The notes below the pieces were generated by a model, which made no database searches, had not been told where the DNA came from, and was given only the letters and a program-made list of their open reading frames with translations. From the human T2T-CHM13v2.0 reference genome, Homo sapiens: a DNA stretch of 64,000 bases. The position numbers and the translations under genes were made by a program. Positions 40,121 to 58,515 of the stretch are shown here, in pieces. Position 1 is the first letter of the stretch; each line of letters opens with the position of its first letter. The stretch lies in assembly GCF_009914755.1 (NCBI RefSeq), contig NC_060936.1; one strand, given 5' to 3'.

Positions 40121-43100
40121 GGGGTATTGGATTTTAAGAAACAACGAGCGAGATAGAACGAAAGAATAGGATCATTTGGGATGAGAAGTACAATGAATTA
40201 GGAATGCAGTAGGGATGCGTAAGGTCACCTCCGTGGCTGTGCGAGGTCCTTAGCATTCGGGGGCAATAATGAGATTTGAAAATAAGGGAGAGAAGGGCGT
40301 TCTTGGAATTGAAGGGGGAGACGAAATGGAAAATCAGGCGAACAGACGCAGAGACATAAAATAGATGTGGTTAGGACTTGGATTAAAGCAGAAAGGTAGA
40401 TTCAGTCAGTTTTGGACTACAGTGATATTTTTCTCATAATTCATCCAGAATGATTAGGTTCTTTTAGAAAGTGGATCTTTCTCAAGCTTGTCCCTCTGTT
40501 AAGGAGTACAAGCCGTTCTTTAAATAATTTGATTATCGCTTGTCCATTTTATTGATAAAACATGCCTGTGATATTTACTTCCCCTCTGTTTAGCAGGCTA
40601 CTGTTCCTAATTTACCTACGGTTAATGAAGCAGGAGAGGACAGATCACCAAAAATATCTTGCTTTAAGTTAGGTCAGTGATAATGCAGAGTTCAGTGTTT
40701 TGGAGAGAACCAAAAGCTTGGTTGTTTGTTTTCAGTTTGACCAAAAGGTGATGGATAAAATTAAGTTACCTGTACTTTGTTAGAATTGCAATTTCTCACT
40801 GAGAAATGTTCTTGTGCCATCTGCTACTGGTTTTATGTTTGTGGGAGAGAGTTGGGGTTCTGCCTTAAGTTATTTCTTGATGTTAACTTCAAATAGGCTG
40901 CCTCATACCTTCCAGTTTCAATTAAGGTGATTTGGGAATATTGATTATGATGTTTGCATTTCCTTAATATTTGGATTTCCAGACCAAATTTGTGATTGTA
41001 CTAGATAGAAAATTGCCGATTTTGAAATTGTAATGACCATTGTGTGCTGCTAAGTAGTCCATGTTAAGCCTTTTATTTGTTGGGCATTAAGTTTTGCTGA
41101 CTCATCTAAGATTTATGGACATTAATCAGTTTGTATTTCTCAGCTAGGTCTTGGATGGTAGCATTTAGGTTACTTTACAAAGGTCCAAAAATAATGATTT
41201 AAATTGTTACTTTTCTTAGATGTTATGAAAATTGAACAAAGCAAGAAATGAGTGCAGTGTTCTCATTAGTGACAATGTGCCTCTTTTTTTTTTTTTTTTT
41301 TTTTTGAGATGGAGTCTTGCTCTGTTGCCCAGGCTAGAGTGCAGTGGCGTGATCTCGGCTCACTGCAACCTCCATCTCCCGGGTTCAAGCGACCCCAGCC
41401 TCCCAAGTAGCTGGAATTACAGGTGCCCGCCAGCACGCCTGGCTAATTTTTGTATTTTTAGTAGAGACGGGGGTTTCACCATCTTGGCCAGGCTGGTCTC
41501 GAACTCTTGACCTCTTGATCCATCTGACTTGGCCTCCCAAAGTGTTGGGATTACAGGCGTGAGCCACCGCAGCCTAATGTGCCTCTTTTTTAATTGACCT
41601 CTTTCAGTGGGCTAGCCAAGGTGCTAAGATTTTTTTGTATGTATTATCTCATTCAATCCTCACAATTATTTCATATTTTGTAAATTAAGAGGTTAAATAA
41701 TTTACTAAGGTCACAGAGCTAGTAAATAACAAAGCTTTATTCAGACCTAGCTGTATCGGATGCCTTTTTTAAAATCTTCACTACCTGTTTGCTCTTTCTG
41801 CTTCACCCTCATCTTGGTTATAGTAAAGCAGCATGAACTGGTTGAAACTTGGGTCTGATAACTGTGATTTAGATGAAGATTAAGTTAGTAGGCTGTAGCC
41901 TACTCTGTGGAGTTCATTGAAGGTTTACTGCTCCTGTGATTTAACAAAGGTCTGGGATCCTGATAAATAGGGCTAAAAACATCTTTTTGCTTAGGATTTG
42001 TCCTGCGACCACACTTAGTTTTCTGTTTAGTCTTATACTGCTGAGGTACTGTGCATACGTGGCACTCTTACTTGTAGAAGTCAAGACAGCCAGTTGTGGA
42101 GCCAAACCAATTAACTCTGGAAAACAATTGAAAACTGCTCAGTACTCAGGTGCCCTTGAGCCCACAATTGGTACTAGCATTACCTCTAAATATAGATAGG
42201 ATCCTTTTAGAAACCAGGAGTGAAACAACTAGAACTGAGGGAAACAGCTGGGGCCTGAGGGAGGAGCCACAGGTTATGGCCAAAACATGAGCATAGCCCC
42301 TGGAGGCCGATCAGGCTAAGACAGGAGGGAATTTTCATTTGTTGAGCATTTATGTATTCCAGGCGCTGAACTCAGTGTACATTATTACCTTATCTGTTAG
42401 TTGTAAGTATTATCCTTATTTTTCAGATGAGGCTCAGAAGGGCTAAAAGTAACTTACACAAAGTCACTTTATAATGGCAGTGAAGAAAATTTGTGTATAC
42501 TATTCTAAAAATTGCTGCTTTCAGTTTCCCATTGTAGGGTCACCATATTAAAACTGGGAACTAAAAGTCACTCTTTCAGATATACCTGGCTTCTCATGTG
42601 TGTAACTGATTATTTCAGTCTTGCTGCTTTCATTGGAAACTGGAAGGAAAAGCTTGTATTTTTTGGATGTAATTGTTAGGAAGTACAGTCCATTCATTAT
42701 ATTACCAAATGACCTGTAGAATATAATTCAGCTTCCTCAGTTGCTTAGTGTATATCTGCAGCAACATGAAAATAGCATGTCCATCCCTTCTTTTCTGGGA
42801 TCTTCACTTTCAACGAAGTCATCTAGACTCTGGAGGATGACAGTGAAGCTTGCCTGTTACAGACTCTTCCACTTTTCTCAATATGTTTGACAGTTGTTCT
42901 TGGTTATTTATTTATGTTTTAGAGACAGGATCTCGCTATGTTGCCCAGTCTGGCCTCAAACTCCAGGGCTTAAAAGATCTTCCCGCCTCAGCTTCCAGAG
43001 TAGCTGGTATTGGCTAGTTTGTTTACTCCCCCCCAACCTCCTCCCACCTGCCCAGAAAGGATCTCACTCTGTCGCCCAGGCTGGAGTGCAGTGGTACAAT

Positions 43101-43479
43101 CATGGCTCACTGTTTGACCACGCCCAGTTAACTTTTGTATTTTTTTGTAGAGTCAGGGTTTCGCTGTGTTGCCCAGGCTGGTCCCCAACTCTTGGGCTCA
43201 AGCAATCCACCCGCCTTGGCCTCCCAAAGTGTTGGGATTATAGCATGAGCCACCTCACCTGGCCTTTTTGTTTACTTAAAAAAAATTATTGTGGTAAACT
43301 ATACATAACAAAAAATTTAGCGTTTTAACCATTTTTAAGTGTATGGATCAGTGGCATTAAGTACATTCACATTGCTGTGCAACCATCACCACCATCCATC
43401 TTGGGAATTTTTTTATTTTCCCAGACTGAAGCTCTATATCTATTAAACAATAATTCCTTGTTTCTCTTTCTCTACCCAG

Positions 43480-43542
43480 CTGCTGGCTACCAATATTCTA
43501 CTTTCTGTCTCTATGAATGTGACTACCCTGGTTACCTCATAT
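43480..43542 (+). other. SPATS2: Probable 63-nt non-coding SPATS2 5'UTR exon derived from antisense L1
   Basis: Long pyrimidine tract plus cag| acceptor and AT|gtaagt donor; consistent with my recollection of the SPATS2 mRNA leader. Confidence 0.65.
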
Positions 43543-43797
43543 GTAAGTGGAATCATACAATATTTACTTTTTTGTGTCTGGTGTGTACCACTTAGCATAT
43601 CTTCACAATTCATCCATGTTGTAGCATATGTCAGAATCTTATTCCTTTTTAAGGCTGAATAATATTCCATTGTATGTACACATCACATTTTGTTTATCCA
43701 TTCATTCTCAATGGACATTTGGGTTCCTTCCACCTTTTGGCTGTTGTGAATAATGGTGCTGTGAATTTTGGTGTACAAATACTTGTTCGAGTCCCTC

Positions 43798-44191
43798 TGT
43801 ATTGATCCATTCTCATATTGCTGTAAAGAAATACCTGAGACTGGGTAATTTATAAAGAAAAGAGGTTGAATTGGCTCATGGTTCTGCAGGCTGTACAGGA
43901 AGCATAGCAGCTTCTGGGGAGGCCTCAGGAAGCTTATGATCATGGCAGGAGGCAAAGGGAAAGCAGGCATGTCTAGGTGGCTGGAGCAGGAGGAAGAGAG
44001 AGAGGTGGGGGGAAGTGCTACACACGTTTAAACAACTAGATCTTGTGAGAACAACCCCAGGGGACTGGTACTAACCCATTCATGAGAAACCACCCCAATA
44101 TTCCAGTCACCTCCCACCAGGCCCCACCTTCAACACTGGGGATTACAATTTGACAGGAGATTTGGTGGGGACACAGATCCAAACTATATCG
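43798..44191 (-). mobile_element. MST-family (ERVL-MaLR) solo LTR
   Basis: tgtattgatcc...gagactgggtaatttataaagaaaagagg...ggggacacagatccaaactatatc; 5-bp TSD ccctc at 43793-43797 and 44192-44196. Confidence 0.9.
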
Positions 44192-44282
44192 CCCTCCTTT
44201 CAGGTTTTTTTTTTTTTTTCTATTTACACAGAAGTAGAATTGCTGGATCCTATGGTAATTCTATGTTTAGTTTTTTGAGTAG

Positions 44283-44423
<141 letters not shown>

Positions 44424-45158
44424 TAGCTGAGACTACAGGCATGCACCACCACACCTGGCTAATTTTTGTCTTTTTAGTAGAGATGAAGTTTCGCCATTTT
44501 GGCCAGTGTAATCTCAAACTCCTGGCCTCAAGTGATCCACCCGCCTCAGCCTCTCAAAGTGCTGAGATTACATGCGTGAACCACTGTGGCCTGCTGAGGC
44601 TTGGTTACTTTTAAGCGGTGATTTTGTCATATGCTACCTGAAGGTAGCACTTGATGGTGCTTTCTCTATTGACTTTTTCTGTATTGCTAGCAGGACACTT
44701 AGGGTGGAAATGATTCAAAAGGAAATGTTTTACCCAGTTTTCATGTATCCAATGTGGAAGGAACCATTTGTTATATACAGTTCTTTCCAGTTATGTGCAA
44801 ATATGAATGATCGTCTTAAGAATGCTCTATATGTTATGTAAAATGCGTCAACATTTTTAGTATACTTTGCTGCCTTTGATTGAAATTTAGGGTACTTTTT
44901 TCATTTAAACATGTTTTACATGTATGAGATGCTGCTTACTGCTTACCTTCTGTATCTTCCTGCATTCATTAAAAAAAAAATTTCGTGTCTGCTGTATGCT
45001 TTAAATATTTCGAGCGGATACCTGGAATACATAGAATAGAAAGTAAGATTGGTTGAAGTCATTTGGCTCCATTTTCTCTCCCTCCTTGTACAGTATGCAA
45101 GCTGTAACATAATACCAAATATAATAGGTTGAAATGGCTGCAGTGAACTGTCTCTTAG

Positions 45159-45367
<209 letters not shown>

Positions 45368-45927
45368 TAGTAGAGAGGGGGTTTCTTCATGTTGGTCAGG
45401 CTGGACTTGAATTCCCAACCTCAGGTGATCCACCCGCCTCGGCCTCCCAAAGTGCTGGGATTACATGCTTGAGCCACAGTGCCCAGCCTCACATTGCATT
45501 TTCTAAATGTTACATGGAAGTTAATTATCCCTGCATCTTGCTTCATGATATTATTGGGTGACATAGTTACTTCAGGCTCATATGCCATTTTCTGGGGGCC
45601 TTATAGGAGACTTTGTGAGCCCACACTTACTTTGTAGGTGGTCTGTCTGAAACCCAGTCCAATTGCCATTCAGTTGAATTGAATCTGAAATATTTCTAAA
45701 GATTTGATGTTTGTTGGGGGCTGGGCATGGTGGGAGGCCACTTTGACCTCAGTCCTAGCACTTTGAGAGTCCAAGGTGGGAGGATTGCTTCAGACCAGGA
45801 GTTTGAGACCAGCTTGGGCAACATAGCGAGACCCTGTCTCTGCAAACAATTAAAAAATTAGAGCTGGGCATGGTGGCTCAAGCCTGTAATCCCAGCACTT
45901 TGGGAGGCCAAGGTGGGCGGATCATCA

Positions 45928-46159
<232 letters not shown>

Positions 46160-47071
46160 TCATAGTGGTTGGCGCCTGTAGTCATAGCTATTCTGGGGAG
46201 GATGAGGCAAAAGGATTGCTTGAGCCCAAGAGTTTGAGATTGTAGTGAGCTATGATCATGTCACTGCACTCCAACCTAAACAACAGAGACCCTGTCTCTA
46301 AACAATAAAAAAAAAAAATTGAAGTTTATAAATATGTTATTATTTTTTAATTTTTATTTTTTTTGGAAACAGGGTTTTGCTCTGTCACCCAGGCTGGAGT
46401 GCAGTGGTGCCATCATAGTTCACTGCGTCCTTGAACTCCTTGAACTCAGGTGATTCTGTCACCTCAGCCTCAGTAGCTAGGACTGCAGGCACACACCATG
46501 GCAGTCAGCTAGTTTTAAAATTTTTTGTAGAGACAGGGTCTTGCTTTGTTGCCCAGGCTGGTCTTGAACTTCTGGGTTCAAGCGATCCTCCTGCCCTTGG
46601 CCTTCCGAAGTGCTGGGATTACAGGTGTGAGCCACAGTGCCCAGCTCACTTTATTATCTTTAGCCACTGGATATTAAGGATAGGCCAGAGGCCAGCATTT
46701 ACTCTCCCATGTTCACATCTACCATGGCAGCCTATAGGAATGGGTTCCTGAAATATATACCATCTTCTATACAGATTCTTCAGTAGTTGCAGGCCCTTGA
46801 AACATTCTGCAGGGTCTGAGGATATAGATGTTACTTAAAGGTAACTTCTGCAGCCATTGTCCTATGACTAATTTGTGGTTAAGACATAAGTTGAAGGCTG
46901 GGTGCGGTGGCTCACGCCTGTAATCCCAGCACTTTGGGAGGCCGAGGCGGGCAGATCACTTGAGGTCAGGAGTTCAAGAGCGGTCTGGCCAACATGGCGA
47001 AACCTCATCTCTACTAAAAATACAAAAATTAGCCGGGTGTGTTGGTGCATGCCTGTAATCCCAGTTACTCA

Positions 47072-47173
<102 letters not shown>

Positions 47174-47175
47174 TC

Positions 47176-47210
<35 letters not shown>

Positions 47211-47357
47211 GTTGATTGGAGGTTTTGGGGGATCTCCAAGGGTTACACAGGGATTCTTAGCAGTCCAAATCCTATAATAAATAACAACCTTGGATTGCTG
47301 GTAAGAAGGATGATTTTTACATTACTTAATTAACAAGATGTATGATTGCAAGTTGTG

Positions 47358-47358
<1 letters not shown>

Positions 47359-47404
<46 letters not shown>
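47359..47404. repeat. (TG)n microsatellite
   Basis: Direct reading. Confidence 0.95.
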
Positions 47405-47405
<1 letters not shown>

Positions 47406-48281
47406 TGGTAGTGGTCTTTAGAATTTGCTAAAGGGTATTAGGACGGAGGAGAAGGATGTTTGTGATGAGGCCATTATATGATTGTGAATGAGCCAGGATA
47501 GATAAGTAAATATCTTTTGTACTTGAAGATGCTGCCAATGATATTACTTCTTACTGACCTGGATAGGACTGAAAAGACCAATTTGTAAAAGCTGCAGTCT
47601 TTCCTATTTTAAATAACTTGCTTTTGTTTTAAGGCTACCCTCTGTAGTTGAGCAGTACTTTTCCTTACATTATCCACTTGGTCTCTGATCATAGCATGTC
47701 AGTGTGGTTAGCCCACTGCTGGCTCTTCCTGGCCTACTGTTAAAAATGATTCAAAATGTACATTAGTGTGTGGCAGAAGTGACTCTTCTGCTTACCTTGT
47801 TTGGATATCTAGTTACATTTTTATAGTAAATTGCTCTTGTAATCTACCTGCATGTCCTGCAGGAGCCCTTTGTATAGCATGCCTTCATAAGAAGCTTTGT
47901 GACATGTGATGAAAACAGTGAAACTCATCTGTAACTAATGTAATGACGGGAAGTTAATGTATTGTAGCTGAATGGTAGGTGGGACATAACACTGCAGATG
48001 AAGCCAGCCATGTAGCTTAAACTTCTTTTTTTTTGAGACAGGGTCTTGCTCTGTCTCCTAGGCTGGAGTGCAGTGGCACAATCTTGGCTTACTGCAACCT
48101 CCACCTCCCAGGGCTTAAGTGATCCTCCTGCCTCAGCCTCCCAAGTAGCTGGGAATGCAGGTGCTCACCATCTGGTACTGCTAATTTTTAAATAGAGACA
48201 GGGTCCAGGCTGGTCTCAAACACCTGGCCTCAAATGATCCTTCTGTCTTGGCCTCCCAAAATGCTTGGATTACAGGCATGA

Positions 48282-48612
<331 letters not shown>

Positions 48613-50136
48613 TGATTTTTTTTAAGTCAGAGTCTTGCTTCGTCGCTCAAGTTGGAGTGCAGTGATGTGATCATGGCTCATTGCAGCCTCCAGATCCTGG
48701 GCTCAAGTGATCCTCCCACCTCAGTCTCCCTAGTAGCTGGGAGTACAGGCTCGCACCACCATGCCCTGCTAATTTTTAAATTTTTTATAGAGACAGGGTC
48801 TTGCTATGTTTCCTAGGCTGGTCTTGAATTCCTGGCCTCAAGCAGTCCATTGGCTTTGGCCTCTCAAAGTGCTGAGATTACAGGTGTGAACCATTGTACC
48901 TGGCCGGTGTTTTGTTGATTTTTTTTTTTTTTTTTTTTTTTGAGACGGAGTCTCACTCTGTCGCCCAGGCTGGAGTGCAGTGGTGCGATCTCAGCTCCAC
49001 TGCAACCTCTGCTGTCCGGATTCAAGCAATTCTCCTGCCTCAGCCTCCTGAGTAGCTGGGATTACAGGCTCCTGCCACTGTGCCTGGCTAATTTTTGTAT
49101 TTTCAGTAGAGACAGGTTTCACCATCTTGGCCAGTTTGGTCTTGAACTCCTGACCTTGTGATCCGCCTGCCTTGGTTTCCCAAAGTGCTGGGATTACAGG
49201 CATGAGCCACCTCACCCAGCCCAGTGTTTCGTTAATCTTATCAGCACACAGGAGGTTTTCTTTCTTCTTTTTTTTGTTCATCTAGAATATACACACTGAA
49301 TACACTAGGTTTGTTGAAATGTCTAATTTCTTAAGTTGATAATGCTTTAAACAAAGCTTAGTTGGTTAATGTTTTTCACCTCTGTTATTACTCAAAGGTT
49401 GTATTGTATCTAGGAATTTTAAAAGTTGATATTTGGCATTTGTCATTAGCCTACCAGTCCATAATGTTATGATGATCCTATAAATTAGACTATAGGATAT
49501 TATTATATGATATTATTGTAATTTGGGAGCACAGGGAACAATGCGTAACAACGACTACTAAATGTGTGTTCGGTCTCTAGCCTGATGAAAAAGCTTCTGA
49601 AAAAAGGAAGGATATTTGATACTTTCATCCTGATTACTTGTTACCTGAAATCTTAACATTTCAGCAACATTAAGTAGGATTATATTCAATTTTTATATGA
49701 TTACATTTTTCATTGGGCAGTAAAGCTGAGAACACATCATCCTTTCACACTGTACGGGCTAATTATTTCCATTGTGAAATAGCCCCAAGTATATTATTAA
49801 CCTTTTTGGTAGCTGAAGTTTCTGATGCCTGAAATGTGTATCTACTGAATGGCGTTAGTTATGATCAGGCCAGTATTGATAGTATAGTTATAATATTTCT
49901 ATATATAATATGATCAGGCCAATATTGATAGTATAGTTATTTCTATGTATAATATTTCCAATATTTTTCTTTTAACTTATTAAAATAGGGAAGCTGTATG
50001 AGATGTTAGTTAAAAGCACAAGCCATTGAGTACACAAATCTGGCTTTGAATCTACTCCCCTACCTACTCCCTTGGTCAAGTCATTTAATTTCTCTGAGCC
50101 TATGTTTCTGTATCTGTAAAATGGATGCAGTAGTAA

Positions 50137-50457
<321 letters not shown>

Positions 50458-50460
50458 TGA

Positions 50461-50741
<281 letters not shown>

Positions 50742-50856
50742 TGACCTCATGATCTGCCCGCCTTGGCCTCCCAAAGTGCTGGGATTACAGGCATGAGCCA
50801 CCACGCCCGGCCAATTTTATTTTTTTTTTGAGACAGGGTCTAGCCCTGTCGCCTAG

Positions 50857-51030
<174 letters not shown>

Positions 51031-51153
51031 TGAACTCCTAGGCTCAGCTATCCTCTGGCCTCAGCCTCCCAAAGTGCTGGGATTATAGACATGAGCCTCT
51101 GTGCCCATCAGATTTTATTTTATTATTTTTATTTTATTTTATTTTATTTTTGA

Positions 51154-51261
<108 letters not shown>

Positions 51262-51544
51262 TAGCTGGGATTACAGGCATGTGCCACCATGCCCTGCTAA
51301 TTTTTAAAAATATTTTTAGTAGAGACAGGGTTTCTCCATGTTGGTCAGGCTGGTCTTGAACTCCTGACCTCATGATCCACCCACCTCGGCCTCCCAAAGT
51401 GCTGGGATTACAGGTGTGAGCCACTGCGCCTGGCCCCAGATTTTATTTTTGAGTTGAAATTCATATAACATAAAATTAACTGGCCGGGCATAGTGGCTCA
51501 CGCCTGTAATCCTAGCACTCTGGGAGGCTGAGGTGGGTGGATCA

Positions 51545-51954
<410 letters not shown>

Positions 51955-52002
51955 TGAGCCTCCCGAGTAGCTGAGACTACAGGCACACGCCACCACACCT
52001 GA

Positions 52003-52185
<183 letters not shown>

Positions 52186-52586
52186 TAAATATTTACTCTT
52201 TATTTCCTCCTCTCATCTCTGGCAACCACTGATTTGCCTTCTGTCTATGTGGATGTACCTATTCTGTATATTTCAAATAAATGGAATCACACAATATATG
52301 ACCTTTTGTGTCTGGCTTTTCTGACATAGCATAATGTTGAGACTTAACCACTGGTCTCATGTATCAACCTCATTCCTCTCTCTCTTTTTTTTTTTTTTTT
52401 TTGAGACAAAATCTCACTCTGTTGACCAGGCTGGAGTGTAGTGGTGTGATTACAGCTCTCTGCAGCCTCAAACTCAAGTGAACCTCCCACATCAGCCTCC
52501 CAAAGGGCTGGGATTACAGGCGAAAACCACCATGCCTGACCGAGAACCTCATTCCTCTTTATGGCTAAATACTAGTCCGTTGTTCA

Positions 52587-52955
<369 letters not shown>

Positions 52956-54939
52956 TTATGGTTAGTTGTGTCTTTTCCACCTTTGCCTACTGTGAAGAAG
53001 GTTACTGTGAACATTCATGTATAGTATTTGTTTGAATACCTGTTTTGAGTTCTTTTGTGTCTATACCTAAAAGTGGAATTGCTGGGTCATATAGTAATTC
53101 TTTTTTTTTTTTTTTCCTCAAAAGCTGGTGTCATAGTGTACATATAATAATACTATATTTAACTTTTGGACAAACCACCATACAGTTTTCCATAGTGGCT
53201 GTACCATTTTACATTCCTACCAGCAACGTATGAGGAGTCTGATTTCTTCACATCCTTGTCAACATTTGTTGTTGTTGTTGTTGTTGTTTTTAATTTTAGC
53301 TATCCTAGTAGATGTGAAGTGGTATCTCGTGCTTTTTATTTGCATTTCTCTAATGACTAGTGATGTTGAACATCTTTTCATGTGCTTGTTGGCCATTCAT
53401 ATATCTTCTTGGAGAAATGTCTATTAAGTCCTTTGCCCAATTTCAAATTGGCTTGTCTTTTTGTTGAGTTATAACCATTGAATTTTAATTGCTGTAAAAC
53501 ACTCCATGAGTACATGTAGCATGCACTCAATAACTATTAGCTAATACTATAGTTGTAATTATTTTTGCCACATGTGGCCTGAATTGGAAGGAAATTGCCT
53601 AGTTTTTCCAAGTAGGAGTGGAGATGTAACAAAACCTGTATTTATGGCCAATAAAGATTTGACTCTGTCAGTGTTGATACTTTGCTTTTAATTGATGCTC
53701 CCAAATCAAGAAATTAGAAACGTGTATACATAAAATCAGTTTATCTTTGGCAGAAATCAGTATATTATCAATGTTTAATTAATTCCTAAGAATTAATGGC
53801 AATAGTGCCTCTAGTTTTAGCTGAGATTTAGATCATCTTTCTTCATTCTGCCCTGTTATGCGACATTTGCTATAAATGCCACAATGAGAATTTTTTGAAA
53901 CCTGGGTCAGAGAAGCCTACTTTTTATATTTAATAGTATGTGATTGATGTATTATCATTGTTTTATGCTTATTGCATCTTGGTTTTATGGGGTGTTCAAA
54001 AGAAGATAGATGAGAATAGGTGATCCAAAGTAATTTAGAATTTTATCCTACAGTTGGGACTGAACCATCTTGAACTGATGAATATATTCTACCAGGTTTA
54101 TAGGTAGATATGCCGTTTCATTATATCGTGATTTGGAGTGAGACAGTAGCTTTTAAGCAGAACAAACAGCCATATGTAAGTCTAAATTTGGTTATTTTCT
54201 TTGAATAAGCAATGGAAACTGTATGCATTCAGGAACTGGTGATTCAGATATCTTCTGAAGGCCCTCTCTCCCTGTGCTCCACAGCTTTGTCCTGAACTCT
54301 CCTGTCTCTTGCGATGCCTCTGTGCCTATACCTATTTTGTGAACTCTGCCTGCAATGCCGTCCAAGTCAGTTGGTGACTCCTCAAACCTCACTGAAGTCT
54401 TTCGGGTGGATTCAAATGCTGCTTTTAGCCATTAAAATCTGTTACATCTGTTACATACTTTCACAATAGCACTTATCCTAGTGTAGTTTTAAAAATGCAC
54501 TTAAAAATTTTTAAAGCAGTGCATGCATGCAGTAAACAAAATTGGACAGTACAGAAATAAATGGTGAAGACAGTCTCCCAGTTTTCTTCCCCATGGATAG
54601 CACTTTCTCTTTTTTATCCTTCCAAAGATATTTTGTGCTGATACAAGAATTTTTATACTGTATGAAGTGCTTATTCATCTTATCTTTTACTTCAGGGTAA
54701 TTTATGAGTAATGAAAAAATTCAAGCATTACAAAAATGTAGAGTGTGTGAAGCAAAAGGTCCCCTTTACTTTGATCCCTAACACTAGCCCTTTCCAAATA
54801 ACACTGTCCTAATTAACATTCCTCTCTCCAGAAGTAACCTCTGTTATAAGCCTTGTCTGTGCCTTCAGATTGTTCTGCTTACACTTATATGCCTATTTAA
54901 AAGTGTATATTTTTGTATTTTGTTTGTTTGTTTGTTTGA

Positions 54940-55044
<105 letters not shown>

Positions 55045-55047
55045 TGA

Positions 55048-55471
<424 letters not shown>

Positions 55472-56537
55472 TGATCCGCCTGCCTCGGCCTCTCAAAGTG
55501 CTGGGATTACAGGTGTGAGACACCATGCCTGGATTGTATGTATTTTTTTAATGATATTTTGTATATTCTTTAACTTTTTCTTTTTAATATATGTGTCTTG
55601 GAAATTTTTTTATGTCAGATCCTCTTTATTTTTATTTATTTTTCGAGACACGGTTTTGCTCTGCCACCCTGGCTGGAGCGCAGTGACATCATCTCATCTT
55701 ATTGCAACCTCAGCCACACAGGCTCAAGTGATCCTCCCATCTCAGCCTCCCAAGTAGCTAGGACTACAGGCCATGCTTGCTAATATTTAAATTTTTTTGT
55801 AAAGTCGAGGTCTCACTGTATTGCCCAGGCTGGTCTTGAACTCCTGGACTCAGGTGATCCTCCCACCTCAGCCTCTTAAAGTGTTGCGCTTATAGACATG
55901 AGCCATCTTGCCCGACCCACTTTATTCTTCCTGCATGGTGTTTATTGCATAAAATGTATATACCATTTTATTTAACCATTTCCCAATTAATGGATATATC
56001 TAGGTGTTTCTAACAGTGTTTTAATGAACCACTTTTTTATATGGTTCTTGTCGGGCATGTGTGAATCTCTAGGTTGCTAGAAGTGAATTGCTAGGTGAAA
56101 GGTTGTGCTCTTCTAAACATTTTGGTGAATACTACTAAATTGCTTTACTTTTTAAAAACAATGTACTTTGACATAATTTTAGATTTACAGAAGAGTAAAG
56201 ATAGTACAAAGAGCTCCCATATTCCCTTCTCTCAGCTTCCCCTAATGTTAACATCTTTCATAACCATAGGGCATTTATTAAAACTAAGAAATTAACACTG
56301 GTACACTATTATAGACTTGATTTGGATTCCTCCAGTTTTTCCACTAATGTCTTAAAAAATCTCAGAGATGGGCTCTTGCTGTATATTGCCCAGGTTAGTC
56401 TTGAATTCCTGCCTCAAGTAATCTTCTTGCCTCGGCCTCCCAAAGTGCTGGGATTACGGCATGAGCCACTGTGCCTGGCTACATTCTGGATATTAATCCT
56501 TTGTTAAATATGATTTCTTTTCCTTTTAGGCAGATGA

Positions 56538-57377
<840 letters not shown>

Positions 57378-57572
57378 TAGGAGTAAACTAAGCATGAAAA
57401 TTCTTGCCTGAATGCAGCTTATATTCTAGTGGAGAGGGCAGATATTAAGCGAAGGAGTGAAATGTTTAGTATTTCACGGGGTAATAAATGGTATTTCAAA
57501 AAAAAAAAACAAAAACCATGAAAAAAACACCCTCCCAAAGGAGGGGGAGACTGTGTGAGCATGTAAGTATAT

Positions 57573-57575
<3 letters not shown>

Positions 57576-57614
<39 letters not shown>
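57576..57614. repeat. (TG)n microsatellite
   Basis: Direct reading. Confidence 0.95.
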
Positions 57615-57616
<2 letters not shown>

Positions 57617-58332
57617 CAGAGACAGAGATAGAGACAGAGACAGATTCAGATGTAGTGAGGGAAGGCCTTGTTGAGAAACTAATATTTGAGGAAAGATCTA
57701 AAAATTGTCTTTGATTTCCTTTTCTTCCTTATAATTCACATCAAATATGTCTCCAATTCCTATTGATTTAATCTTCAAAATATATCTGAAGCCCACCCAT
57801 CAAGTAGGTGGATTGAATTGGCAGTGGGAGTTTGTGAAAATTTTCTTACGATTGTTTTAATATTCTCAGTGAATTAGGAAATAAAGTGCTTAGCCGAGAG
57901 TGAGGATGAGGAGGGTGATGGAGGTTTGTGTAAAGAGGAAAAGGTGTGAAATTGTTTAGGAGAATGGGAGAATGGCTGCAGCAGGGAAATATTGTGTGAT
58001 TGCCAGGGAGCATTGAGAGCCCCTTGAGGTTTGCAGTTACAATTTTGTGGGTTTTTTTTTTGTTTTTTGTTTGTTTGTTTGTTTGTTTTTTGTTTTTTGT
58101 TTTTTTTTTTGAGACAGAGTCTTGCTCTGTCTCCCGGGCTGGAGTGCAGTGGTGCGATCTTACTGCAACCTCTGCCTCCCAGGTTCAAGTGATTCTTGTG
58201 CCTCAGCCTCCCAAGTAACTGGGATTACAGGTGCATGCCATCATGCCTGGCTGATTTTCGTATTTTTTTTTTAGTAGAGTTGGGGTTTCACCATGTTGGC
58301 CAGGCTGGTCTCAAACTCCTGACCGCAAGTGA

Positions 58333-58515
<183 letters not shown>

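Larger units (their letters stand above)
43285..44280 (-). mobile_element. Old L1 (L1M-type) 3' fragment interrupted by a MaLR LTR
   Basis: ttaagtacattcacattg, aataatattccattgtatg and gaattgctggatcctatggtaattctatg phrases. Confidence 0.85.

Noticed and set aside
41887-41904. Short perfect inverted repeats (AGTAGGCT-gt-AGCCTACT; also 40791-40807)
   Set aside because: 8-bp arms are expected by chance in 64 kb and are too short for a pre-miRNA.
47906-47971. Possible C/D-box snoRNA (GTGATGA...CTGA)
   Set aside because: Terminal stem of only about 3 bp, no convincing C'/D' boxes and no recognisable guide sequence.
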